Shown here piece after piece: positions 46,693 through 55,529 of a stretch of DNA of 64,000 nucleotides; the stretch's first letter is position 1; every line of letters begins with the position of its first letter. A program made the translations under genes and the position numbers. This DNA is from Nitrospirota bacterium (GTDB lineage Bacteria > Nitrospirota > Thermodesulfovibrionia > Thermodesulfovibrionales > Dissulfurispiraceae): assembly GCA_040758355.1 (NCBI GenBank), contig JBFLWF010000010.1:1776-65775 (forward strand). The letters are read 5' to 3'. The notes beneath the pieces were generated by a model. It was not told the origin of the DNA, ran no database searches, and saw only the letters and a list, made by a program, of their open reading frames with translations.

Positions 46693-48705
46693 TTATGATA
46701 TGCTGAAAAGTACAGTCCTGTCCTTGCCGGATTCTTTTGCCTTATACAGGGCGATGTCGGCGTTTTTTATCAGCTCATTGACGCTCTTGCCGTCTTCGGG
46801 GAAGGATGCCAGTCCTATGCTGACCGTTATCGCAGGACGCGGGAATTTTTTGAACCTGTAAACAAGGGATTCTTTTATGTTATTCCGTATCCTTTCTGTG
46901 ACTATAAATGCCTCGTCTTTGTGCGTCTGGGGCATGAGGATCGCAAACTCTTCCCCCCCAAACCTGCAAAGGACATCATTTGCCCTCAGGCACTCCCTGG
47001 CAATACGCGATAGTTCTTTCAGGACACTGTCGCCTGCAAGGTGTCCTTCTGTATCGTTGAGGAGCTTAAAATCGTCGATGTCGAATATTGCCAGCGAAAA
47101 AATAAGGCTATAACGCTCAGAACGGTGAACCTCTTCTGTAAAACGCTCCTGAAAGTACCTCCTGTTAAATAAACCGGTTAAATGATCCGTGATGGAAAGC
47201 TCCTTCATCTGTTCCGCAAGATTGTAATAATTGGACACCTTCAATGAGATCGAGGCGTAAGATGCAAAATGGTTAAGGAGGTTAAAATCCCGCTCCGTGA
47301 ATTCCTCGCCTGTTGTTTTATCGGTAACATTGAGGACACCCATGGTCTCGGATGCGAACTTCAAGGGCACGCTCACAAAGGAGCCTGTTTTATAATGGGG
47401 CTTTGGTTTCATGTGCGGCAGTTCCATCTTGTTAACATCTTTTATAAAGAGGGGGCTTCCATCTTTGAATACCCTCCCTGCAATCCCTTCGCCTGACTTT
47501 ATCCTTATTCCATGCGCAAGCCACCTGTTGATGCCCTTCACAGCCTTTATCAGCAGGCTGTCCCCTTCAGGCAGCATTAATGATCCCTTTTCAGCAGTCA
47601 GAAGTTCGGTGGCAGTGTCTACAATCGATTCATAAAGTAAATCAGGGCTATGCAGTTGCGGCGTCAGTTTTGTTACAGAGGTGTTTAATATATACATGTC
47701 ATTGATGCATTCGTCATAGGCATTATGAAGGATGTTTGCCTTAAAGACAAGGCAGACGAGCTTGCAAAACTCCAATATGCTGTATGCCTCTTCCCGTGAG
47801 ATAACAGAGTTGTATATGGCTATTACGCCGTGCGTGCAATCCTTGCATGCAATAGGGAAGATATGCATTGAATTGATGCTGTCAGGGAAGCCGAGTCTGG
47901 ATATTTCGGCGATGTCATTGGTGGACGTTGGCTTTAAGCCCTCGATGGCGCGTGAAATCATGTGGTTGTTATCTTCTATGTAGAGAGATATCACCTCATC
48001 CCTCAGTTTCCCGGAGGACATAACCGTCTTGAAGAAATTCCTCTCTTTGACCATTATGGAGACCGTGTCAACATGGAATAAGAACAACAGTGCATCAACG
48101 ATTAATGAATGGACATCCTTTGTGGGGGCAGGTAATTGCATATTGTACAGTACATCTATAAGGGTTTTAGCCCATTGGTATCTCTTGTGGTTCAGATTCC
48201 TTTCGTAGCTGCTTCTCAGAATGTTTTCCAACAGGGATTTGAGGTGTGATGCAACTTTCTGGACAGAGGCATAGTCTTTTACGGCGATCACGTCAACCCA
48301 TGATTCCATTTTCGGCGGCGAAAAGCCGAAATTCTGTCCCCTTTTAATAACAAAATCCTCAAATTCGCTCCGTACAAGATAAAATGCACTGCTTACAAGG
48401 ACTATTTTGTCGTTGTCTATAATGACGGGGATAAAAAGATGGTGCTGGTTGGCAGGCCCTTTGAAAACCGAGGCCTCCTTCCTTACCACTGCCCTTTCTA
48501 TCCCGCTGCGAATGAATTTTTCGTGTTCATCCTTCCCTGAGGCATACGCCTTTATCTGGGAAATCAGTTTGTCTTCACGTTTGAATGGAATGAGTAATGC
48601 CCCGCTGCTGTCGTATGTTGAAAAGGAGAGGTCGCTGATCTCTGAAATAGCATCCTGTACGCTTGACAGAAGTGCAATGTCGATAAATTCGAGATTTATG
48701 GACAT
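46693..48705 (-). CDS. GAF-domain diguanylate cyclase (GGDEF)
   Basis: C-terminal DHLTGLFNRRYF...RFGGEEFAILM...ADIALYKAKESGKDR, with long GAF-like N-terminal regions; 670 aa. Confidence 0.85.
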   Translation of the reverse strand: MSINLEFIDIALLSSVQDAISEISDLSFSTYDSSGALLIPFKREDKLISQIKAYASGKDEHEKFIRSGIERAVVRKEASVFKGPANQHHLFIPVIIDNDKIVLVSSAFYLVRSEFEDFVIKRGQNFGFSPPKMESWVDVIAVKDYASVQKVASHLKSLLENILRSSYERNLNHKRYQWAKTLIDVLYNMQLPAPTKDVHSLIVDALLFLFHVDTVSIMVKERNFFKTVMSSGKLRDEVISLYIEDNNHMISRAIEGLKPTSTNDIAEISRLGFPDSINSMHIFPIACKDCTHGVIAIYNSVISREEAYSILEFCKLVCLVFKANILHNAYDECINDMYILNTSVTKLTPQLHSPDLLYESIVDTATELLTAEKGSLMLPEGDSLLIKAVKGINRWLAHGIRIKSGEGIAGRVFKDGSPLFIKDVNKMELPHMKPKPHYKTGSFVSVPLKFASETMGVLNVTDKTTGEEFTERDFNLLNHFASYASISLKVSNYYNLAEQMKELSITDHLTGLFNRRYFQERFTEEVHRSERYSLIFSLAIFDIDDFKLLNDTEGHLAGDSVLKELSRIARECLRANDVLCRFGGEEFAILMPQTHKDEAFIVTERIRNNIKESLVYRFKKFPRPAITVSIGLASFPEDGKSVNELIKNADIALYKAKESGKDRTVLFSIS

Positions 48706-48862
48706 GTATCCCCCAATTAAATGTCCCCCAAGCGAACTTTTTGCGAACTGTAAACAGGTTAGTAAATTATATTTTATTTGCTACTATTATTTAGAAACTC
48801 GGGAACAATGTCAATATTAATTTTTGGGTAGGTGTTTTAAGGATATGATATAATTGAAAATC

Positions 48863-49030
48863 ATGGAAATATGCCCTGTTTGCAAACAGCCTATGAGTGA
48901 GTGTACATGCTGCCCGGAATGAGGGCATGTATGCCTCCTGGACCTGGGGGAGCCATACTGTCCTGTGTGTAAGCCTGATCCAAAAGAAATGCTGAAGGCA
49001 ACTATAGAAAGTCTCAAGAAAATGGGGTAA
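48863..49030 (+). CDS. Candidate small Cys-rich (double CPVC) ORF interrupted by an in-frame TGA (possible selenoprotein, read-through or pseudogene)
   Basis: Own translation: MEICPVCKQPMSECTCCPE-TGA(48920..48922)-GHVCLLDLGEPYCPVCKPDPKEMLKATIESLKKMG*. The Shine-Dalgarno is weak. Confidence 0.2.
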
Positions 49031-49050
49031 CGGAGCGGGGAGTGAGTTTT

Positions 49051-49491
49051 ATGGAACAGCAAAGACCTGAACTGACAGAGATATTCCGGAAGATACTTGT
49101 AAAGGTCGACATTATATTTCATATAGTGGCTGCACTGTTATTGCTTGTTGCCTGCAGTTTTATCCTATATTATGCAATGCTCAATATTATGAATCCTTCC
49201 CGCGATTCGATACTTCACCTTGTAAACGATGTTCTTTTGGCATTGATAATCCTTGAACTTTTATGGACTATTATCAGATTCCTGAAAAAGCAGAAGTTCA
49301 TATTAGGGCCTTTCCTTGCCATCGGCATGATAGCTGCTGTGAGGAGGATACTTTTAATAGAGGCGCAGACATCTTTTATGGAGCATGTGCCAGTGGAAAA
49401 GCTTTATGAGATAGGTCTCAGTGCTGTTGTAATTATAATCCTGATGTTTGCTTATTATTTATCTGTGAAGGCGCAGAAGATTGAACAATAG
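49051..49491 (+). CDS. PsiE-like (phosphate-starvation-inducible family) membrane protein
   Basis: Four hydrophobic helices with LLALIILELLWTIIRFL and AAVRRILLIE blocks. The start is ATG 49051 or GTG 49042. Confidence 0.5.
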   Translation: MEQQRPELTEIFRKILVKVDIIFHIVAALLLLVACSFILYYAMLNIMNPSRDSILHLVNDVLLALIILELLWTIIRFLKKQKFILGPFLAIGMIAAVRRILLIEAQTSFMEHVPVEKLYEIGLSAVVIIILMFAYYLSVKAQKIEQ

Positions 49492-49500
49492 GAGGTAAAA

Positions 49501-49998
49501 ATGGCAGAAGAACATTCCTTTGATATTGTATGCGAAGTGAATATGCAGGAGGTTTTGAACGCAGTTGATCAGTCAACAAAGGAGATAGGTCAGAGGTTTG
49601 ACTTCAAGGGAAGCAAGAGCAGCATTGAATTGGACAAGGGTAAGGGCACTATCACTCTTATTTCTGACGATGAGATGAAACTGAAAAGCGTTATCGATAT
49701 ACTGCAAACAAAGCTCGTTAAAAGAGGAGTTTCTTTGAAGGCATTGATCTACGGGAAGGTTGAGCCGGCAGCCGGGAATACCGTCAGGCAGCTCATTACG
49801 CTTCAACAGGGAATCCCGCAGGAGAAGGCAAAAGAAATAGTAAAGCTGATAAAAGACACCAAGCTGAAAGTCGGTGCTGAGATACAGAAGGATCAGGTGC
49901 GCGTAAAGGCAAAGAAGATAGACGACCTTCAGGCGATTATAGCAAAGCTTAAGGAAAAGGACTTCGGCATAGCCCTGCAGTTTGCGAATTATAGATGA
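49501..49998 (+). CDS. yajQ: YajQ-family nucleotide-binding protein
   Basis: [33 protein letters not shown]...; 165 aa. Confidence 0.9.
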   Translation: MAEEHSFDIVCEVNMQEVLNAVDQSTKEIGQRFDFKGSKSSIELDKGKGTITLISDDEMKLKSVIDILQTKLVKRGVSLKALIYGKVEPAAGNTVRQLITLQQGIPQEKAKEIVKLIKDTKLKVGAEIQKDQVRVKAKKIDDLQAIIAKLKEKDFGIALQFANYR

Positions 49999-50837
49999 GC
50001 CTTAAACAAATCCTCGATAGATTCTACAGGGAATACAACTTTAGAGAGCGTATTCTCCACGACCCTATAGAATTTCCACACCAATATAAGAGACCGGAAG
50101 ATATTGAGGTCTCCGGTTTTATTGCATCCTGCTTTGCTTACGGCAGGGTGGATCTGTTCAAGCCTGTGGTAAAGAAGATACTTTCCACAATGGGTGAGAG
50201 TCCTTATGATTTTCTGTTAGACTCCAACTTAAAGAGACATAGACGTCTGTTTTCAGGCATCAAATACAGGTTCAATGAGAATAATGATATTATCTGTCTT
50301 CTATATGTATTAAACAGGACTTTAAAAAGATATAAGCGGCTTGATGCCCTCTTTAAGCTTCACTGCTGGAATGACGATCAAAATATCGGTATTGGACTGG
50401 CAGGGCTTGTAGAGTCTTTATTGAGCATAGACACATCGCCTGTGTATGGAAAAAACATTAAGCCTGCTGGATTCCTCCAGTTTTTCCCTTCTCCTAAGAA
50501 AGGCAGTGCATGTAAGAGGATGAATCTTTTTTTGAGATGGATGATAAGGGACAGGGATATCGATTTCGGAATATGGAAGGGAATCCAAAAGAATAAACTG
50601 GTCATTCCTCTTGATACGCACATAGCGCGTATATCGAAATGTCTTGGTTTTACGAAGAGGTCATCTCAGGACTGGAAAATGGCTGTTGAGATTACAGAGG
50701 CTTTGAAATGGTTTGATCCTGAAGACCCTCTCAAATACGACTTTGCCTTATGCCATCAGGGAATATCAAAGGTCTGCAGTAAAATGAACTGTAAGGACTG
50801 CGATTTTAATCCTTATGCTGGAAATACCCGATTATGA
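49995..50837 (+). CDS. TIGR02757/DUF2400-family protein
   Basis: [28 protein letters not shown]..., [12 protein letters not shown], and C-terminal Cys residues; family recognised from memory. Confidence 0.65.
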   Translation: MSLKQILDRFYREYNFRERILHDPIEFPHQYKRPEDIEVSGFIASCFAYGRVDLFKPVVKKILSTMGESPYDFLLDSNLKRHRRLFSGIKYRFNENNDIICLLYVLNRTLKRYKRLDALFKLHCWNDDQNIGIGLAGLVESLLSIDTSPVYGKNIKPAGFLQFFPSPKKGSACKRMNLFLRWMIRDRDIDFGIWKGIQKNKLVIPLDTHIARISKCLGFTKRSSQDWKMAVEITEALKWFDPEDPLKYDFALCHQGISKVCSKMNCKDCDFNPYAGNTRL

Positions 50838-51096
50838 TGGTTATAAACATTACAACACCTGCAAAGATATATACCGTCAACCCCCAGCTTGTTTTTCCAA
50901 GTATGTTTATAAAGTAGGTCTGGTTGAATATAAATCCCCAGTACATCACAAAACAGTAAGAGATTAAGAGCCCCATTTTATGTTTTCCAAACAGCAGACA
51001 GAATGAATTGATAATAACAAAGATAACGACCTGCCCTAATGGTATAGCGAACTCCTTGTCGGAAAAGAACTCCATAAAGCCATTTGTTAATTCCAT
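50806..51096 (-). CDS. Small membrane protein, function unknown (last gene of the efflux operon)
   Basis: 96 aa with three hydrophobic spans, 10 nt downstream of cusA. Confidence 0.45.
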   Translation of the reverse strand: MELTNGFMEFFSDKEFAIPLGQVVIFVIINSFCLLFGKHKMGLLISYCFVMYWGFIFNQTYFINILGKTSWGLTVYIFAGVVMFITIIIGYFQHKD

Positions 51097-51106
51097 ACAA
51101 TCCCCC

Positions 51107-54100
51107 TTATTTTCTGAACTCCCTCCCTTTCCATATCATATATATTGCCGGATAGATTATCAACTCAAGGATGGTGGATGTAATCACGCCGCCGACCATT
51201 GGAGCTGCAATCCTCTTCATGACATCGGCTCCTGTGCCGTGGCTGAACATAATGGGAACAAGACCTGCGAGTATAACGCTGACAGTCATAATCTTTGGAC
51301 GTATCCTTTTTACAGCACCGTGCATGATCGCATCCTTGAGGTCATTTATACCATTGAGTCTGCCTTCCTTTTTCCATTTCTCATACGCTAATTCGAGATA
51401 GAGGAGCATTACCACGCCTGTCTCGGCATCGAGTCCTGCAAGTGCTATTATCCCAACCCATACAGCTATGCTCATGTTGTAATTAAGCAGATAGAGGAGC
51501 CAGAAAGAGCCGACAAGAGAGAAAGGCACTGCCAATAATACGATTGCGGTCTTTGTAACCGACTTTGTATTGAAGTAGATAAGCACGAAAATGATGAGCG
51601 CCGTGAGTGGAATAACGAGTTTCAATCTTTCGTGTGTTTTAACTATATATTCGTACTCGCCGCTCCACTCAAGGCGATAACCTTCTGGAATCTTTAAAGA
51701 TGCGACTTTCTTTTTTGCCTCTTCAACATATCCGCCCACATCCCTGCCTGAGAAATCTATATATACATACGATGCCAAAAGCCCTTCTTCGCTTTTTATC
51801 TGTGTAGGGCCTCTTACAATCTTTATGTCCGTTAGTTCTCCCAGTGGCACCTGAACAATATTCATTGCTGCCGGCTGCACGCTGCCCATCGCCGACCTTT
51901 GGCCGCTGACAGCTGGCTGCTGACTGTTCATTACAGGCACAAGCACCCTTTTGAGTTTTTCTACGTCATTTCTTAATTCCCTCGAATAGCGGACATTTAC
52001 AGGATACCGCTCCCTGCCTTCGACTGTGGTGGTAAGGCTCATGCCACCAATAGCAGACTGAATTATTTCGTTGACATCGTCAATATTCAAACCGTATCTT
52101 GCTGCTTCCTCCCTTTTAATGTTGAAGTCGAGGAAATATCCTGTTGTCACCCTTTCTGCATACACGCTCCTTGTGCCTGGAATTTCCTTGATATGGTTCT
52201 CTAATTCAAGTCCTAATCTTTCTATCTCTTCAAGTTTCGAACCCATTACCTTAATGCCCACAGGAGTCCTTATGCCTGTAGAGAGCATATCTATGCGGGC
52301 TTTTATCGGCATTGTGAATGAATTTGCCACTCCGGGAATGCTCAGTGCATCATTCATTTCATTTTTCAGGCTTTCGACTGTAACGCCAGGCCTCCATCCC
52401 GATTCAGGCTTCAGGTTGACCACTGTCTCGAACATCTCAAGCGGCGCAGGGTCTGTAGCAGTTTCTGCCCTGCCAGCCTTTCCGAATACCTGTGCCACTT
52501 CAGGGATACCCTTCAGTATCTTGTCCTGCATTTGCAAGAGGCTTGAGACCTCCGATATGGAAGCGGCAGGCACTGTTACAGGCATATAAAAGAGTGTGCC
52601 TTCATATAATGGCGGCATGAATTCCGAGCCGAGCTTGATAAAGGGGTATACGGTAACTGCCATAATGATTATTGCGAGGATAATAACCGTCTTTTTAAAA
52701 CGCAGTGCGAGGCTCGCTATGGGTTCGTAAATTTTATGAAGGATGACACTTATCGGATTCTTTTCCTCCGGCCTTATTTTTCCCCTGATGAAAAGGGTCA
52801 TTAATACAGGCGTCAGCGTTACTGCAAGGAATGATGAAAAAAGCATTGCAAAGGTCTTTGTGTAAGCCAGAGGCTTAAAGAGTCTTCCTGCCTGCGCCTG
52901 AAGGGTAAACACCGGAAGAAATCCCACTGTAATCACAAGGAGTGAAAAGAAAAGGGAAGGGCCGACCTCTTTTGCAGCATCGATTATCACATCTATCCTG
53001 CTGCCCTGTCTGCCGTGTTCTTCCCATTCTTCGAGCTTTTTATGTGCGTTTTCCACCATTATGATGGACGCATCCACCATTGCTCCGATGGCAATGGCTA
53101 TGCCGCTTAAGCTCATGATATTCGATGTTACGCCGAGATAATACATGCATATGAACGAAATGATGATTGCAACAGGCAGCGTCAATATAACTACAAGGGC
53201 ACTCGGCAGATGGAATAAAAACACGATACAGACTGCGCTCACCGCAACAGAGAGTTTTATGATTTCTTCTTTAAGAGTATCGATTGAGCGGTGTATGAGA
53301 TCAGACCTGTCGTAGGTCACGACAATTTTCATGCCCTTCGGAAGGCTCGGCTCTATATCCTTTTTGATTTTTTCCTTAACCCTGTCTATGACACTAAGGA
53401 CATTCTCGCCGAATCTCACAACTACGATGCCTCCTGCCACCTCTCCTTTCCCATCAAGCTCTGCAATACCCCTCCTTATTTCAGGACCGAGCTGTATGTT
53501 TGCAATATCCTTTAAAAATACAGGCGTTCCTGCTCCGTTTGTGCCCACAGATATGCTTTCGAGGTCTTTGAGGCTTTTAATGTAGCCGCGTCCCCTTACC
53601 ATGTATTCTATACCAGAGAATTCAAGCACTCTTCCTTCCACGTCCTTATTGCTTTTCTTAATTGCCTCCATGACTTTTGGCAGGGGTAGATTGTATGCAA
53701 GAAGCTTGTTGGGGTCTATTGTAATCTGGTACTGTTTTACAAACCCGCCGATGCTTGCAACCTGTGAAACCCCTTCAACGCTTTCGATGGCGAGTTTTAT
53801 GTTGTAGTCCTGGACCGAGCGAAGCTGCGATAGATCATGATTGCCTGTTTCATCTATCACCGCGTATGAGAATCCCCACCCTACGCTGGTCGCATCCGGG
53901 CCGAGCACGGGATTCACATCAGCGGGTATCTTGCTTTTAACCGCCTGCAGATACTCAAGCACCCTGCTTCGGGCCCAGTAAATATTTGTCCCTTCTTCAA
54001 AGATGACGTATATGAACGAGCTGCCGAGATACGAAAATCCGCGAACCACCTGCACCTTCGGAGCAGCGAGGAGCGTGGATGTTATAGGATATGTTATCTG

Positions 54101-54289
54101 GTCTTCCACAAGGTCAGGGCTTCTTCCGGGCCATTCCGTAAAGATGATTACCTGTGTGTCGCTCAAATCCGGTATGGCATCGAGGGGAGTCTTTTTGAGT
54201 GCCCAGTATCCCCATACTATGAGAAAAGCAACGAGCAGAAAAATGATAAACTTGTTGCGTGCGCTGTATTCGATTATCTTTGCAATCAT
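51107..54289 (-). CDS. cusA: Heavy-metal efflux RND transporter, CusA/CzcA family
   Basis: 1060 aa with a 12-TM RND layout and typical N-terminus MIAKIIEYSARNKFIIFLL...DAIPDLSDTQVIIFTEWPGRSP. It carries a heptamer-derived segment QQPAVSGQRSAMGSVQPAAMN. Confidence 0.9.
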   Translation of the reverse strand: MIAKIIEYSARNKFIIFLLVAFLIVWGYWALKKTPLDAIPDLSDTQVIIFTEWPGRSPDLVEDQITYPITSTLLAAPKVQVVRGFSYLGSSFIYVIFEEGTNIYWARSRVLEYLQAVKSKIPADVNPVLGPDATSVGWGFSYAVIDETGNHDLSQLRSVQDYNIKLAIESVEGVSQVASIGGFVKQYQITIDPNKLLAYNLPLPKVMEAIKKSNKDVEGRVLEFSGIEYMVRGRGYIKSLKDLESISVGTNGAGTPVFLKDIANIQLGPEIRRGIAELDGKGEVAGGIVVVRFGENVLSVIDRVKEKIKKDIEPSLPKGMKIVVTYDRSDLIHRSIDTLKEEIIKLSVAVSAVCIVFLFHLPSALVVILTLPVAIIISFICMYYLGVTSNIMSLSGIAIAIGAMVDASIIMVENAHKKLEEWEEHGRQGSRIDVIIDAAKEVGPSLFFSLLVITVGFLPVFTLQAQAGRLFKPLAYTKTFAMLFSSFLAVTLTPVLMTLFIRGKIRPEEKNPISVILHKIYEPIASLALRFKKTVIILAIIIMAVTVYPFIKLGSEFMPPLYEGTLFYMPVTVPAASISEVSSLLQMQDKILKGIPEVAQVFGKAGRAETATDPAPLEMFETVVNLKPESGWRPGVTVESLKNEMNDALSIPGVANSFTMPIKARIDMLSTGIRTPVGIKVMGSKLEEIERLGLELENHIKEIPGTRSVYAERVTTGYFLDFNIKREEAARYGLNIDDVNEIIQSAIGGMSLTTTVEGRERYPVNVRYSRELRNDVEKLKRVLVPVMNSQQPAVSGQRSAMGSVQPAAMNIVQVPLGELTDIKIVRGPTQIKSEEGLLASYVYIDFSGRDVGGYVEEAKKKVASLKIPEGYRLEWSGEYEYIVKTHERLKLVIPLTALIIFVLIYFNTKSVTKTAIVLLAVPFSLVGSFWLLYLLNYNMSIAVWVGIIALAGLDAETGVVMLLYLELAYEKWKKEGRLNGINDLKDAIMHGAVKRIRPKIMTVSVILAGLVPIMFSHGTGADVMKRIAAPMVGGVITSTILELIIYPAIYMIWKGREFRK
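51905..51926. repeat. Short heptamer array inside cusA (GCTGACA GCTGGCT GCTGACT)
   Basis: 7-nt periodicity read directly; it is translated in the antisense orientation as ..SGQRSA... Confidence 0.7.
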
Positions 54290-54293
54290 GTTA

Positions 54294-55529
54294 TCAGTGT
54301 TTGTGTCCGCCGAGGGGCGCTACATTTTTCAGTTTTGCCTCGGAGTCTATGAGGAACGTGGCTGATGAAGCGACCTTCTCGCCTGCCTTCAACCCCATTA
54401 TTACCTCCCTCAATCCTTCGGCTCTCAATCCGAGCATTACCTCTCTCGGTTCGAAATACCCTTCTCCTCTGTCAACATAGACTATCTGCCGCGTGCCGGT
54501 GTCTATTATCGCATCTTCCGGAATGGCAAGTTTGTTGCCGATGTTAATCTTTATCTCCACGTTGGTGAACATCTGGGGCTTAAGCTGTCCGCCTGGGTTT
54601 GGGATGGTAAACCTTATATTTGCCGTTCTCGTTTCACCCGCAAGCGAGGGATAGATATAATCTATCGCTGATGAAAATTCCTTGCCCGGGAAATAACTAA
54701 GGCTGATGTTCGCCTTTTGTCCGGTCTTTATCAGAGGCAATTCGTATTCATAAATATCCGAAACTACCCATACCGCAGACAGGTCTGCCACATCGAAGAG
54801 TTTTTCTCCGGGCATGATACGCATGCCCTGCAATGCCGTCTTTTGCACGATGTAGCCGTTTACAGGACTGTAGACGGTAAGTGTCCTTATAGGTTTTCCG
54901 GTCTCTTCGATTTTTTTAATCTGGTCATCCGTTATATCCCAGAGCCTTAACCGTTGTTTTGCGGCTTCAACTATAGCCTCTGCATCCTTTGAGAGGAGGT
55001 TGCCTATGCGCTCATTCTTTATTTCCTTGCCCTGTTTTGTCCATTTAACGACATTCAGATATTCCTGCTGCGTTGCGAAAAGCTCAGGACTATAAATATC
55101 CGCGAGAGGCTCTCCTTTTTTGACATATCTTCCCGTATAATCCACGTAGAGCTTTTCTATCCATCCTTCGAATTTCGTATTGACGGTAAACAACCTGCGC
55201 TCGTCGTATTCGATGCGTCCGACTGTCCTGATGATCTTCTGGAGGGGTTTTACGGACACCTCGACTGTTTTTACTCCTATCAACTGCTGCTTGTCCGGAG
55301 GTATTTCTACTGTGGGAGGCTCTTCAGGCGTTTGTTCCTGTGCTGTTGTTTGCTGCTGAGATATGTTTTCTCCGGTATGGACTTGATGTTCCGAAGACTG
55401 TGCTTTTGCGGATTCCGCACTTTTGGTTTTAAAAATAGTGCTCAGAGATATTGCCTTCGAAAAATAAAATAAAATACCGGCAATTAAAATTAATCCCGCT
55501 GCGATTATTAATAATTTTCTCTTTTTCAT
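54294..55529 (-). CDS. cusB: Efflux RND periplasmic adaptor subunit (CusB-like)
   Basis: 411 aa with an N-terminal anchor, biotinyl-lipoyl-like and beta-barrel blocks (GWIEKLYVDYTGRYVKKGEPL...VNGYIVQK...). It lies between the OMP and RND genes. Confidence 0.85.
   Translation of the reverse strand: MKKRKLLIIAAGLILIAGILFYFSKAISLSTIFKTKSAESAKAQSSEHQVHTGENISQQQTTAQEQTPEEPPTVEIPPDKQQLIGVKTVEVSVKPLQKIIRTVGRIEYDERRLFTVNTKFEGWIEKLYVDYTGRYVKKGEPLADIYSPELFATQQEYLNVVKWTKQGKEIKNERIGNLLSKDAEAIVEAAKQRLRLWDITDDQIKKIEETGKPIRTLTVYSPVNGYIVQKTALQGMRIMPGEKLFDVADLSAVWVVSDIYEYELPLIKTGQKANISLSYFPGKEFSSAIDYIYPSLAGETRTANIRFTIPNPGGQLKPQMFTNVEIKINIGNKLAIPEDAIIDTGTRQIVYVDRGEGYFEPREVMLGLRAEGLREVIMGLKAGEKVASSATFLIDSEAKLKNVAPLGGHKH

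Noticed and set aside
48817-49122. 101-aa minus-strand ORF in the GGDEF / PsiE-like spacer
   Set aside because: It is low-complexity with no start context. It lies antisense to the more structured Cys-rich plus-strand frame and to the 5' end of the PsiE-like gene. It is probably not coding.
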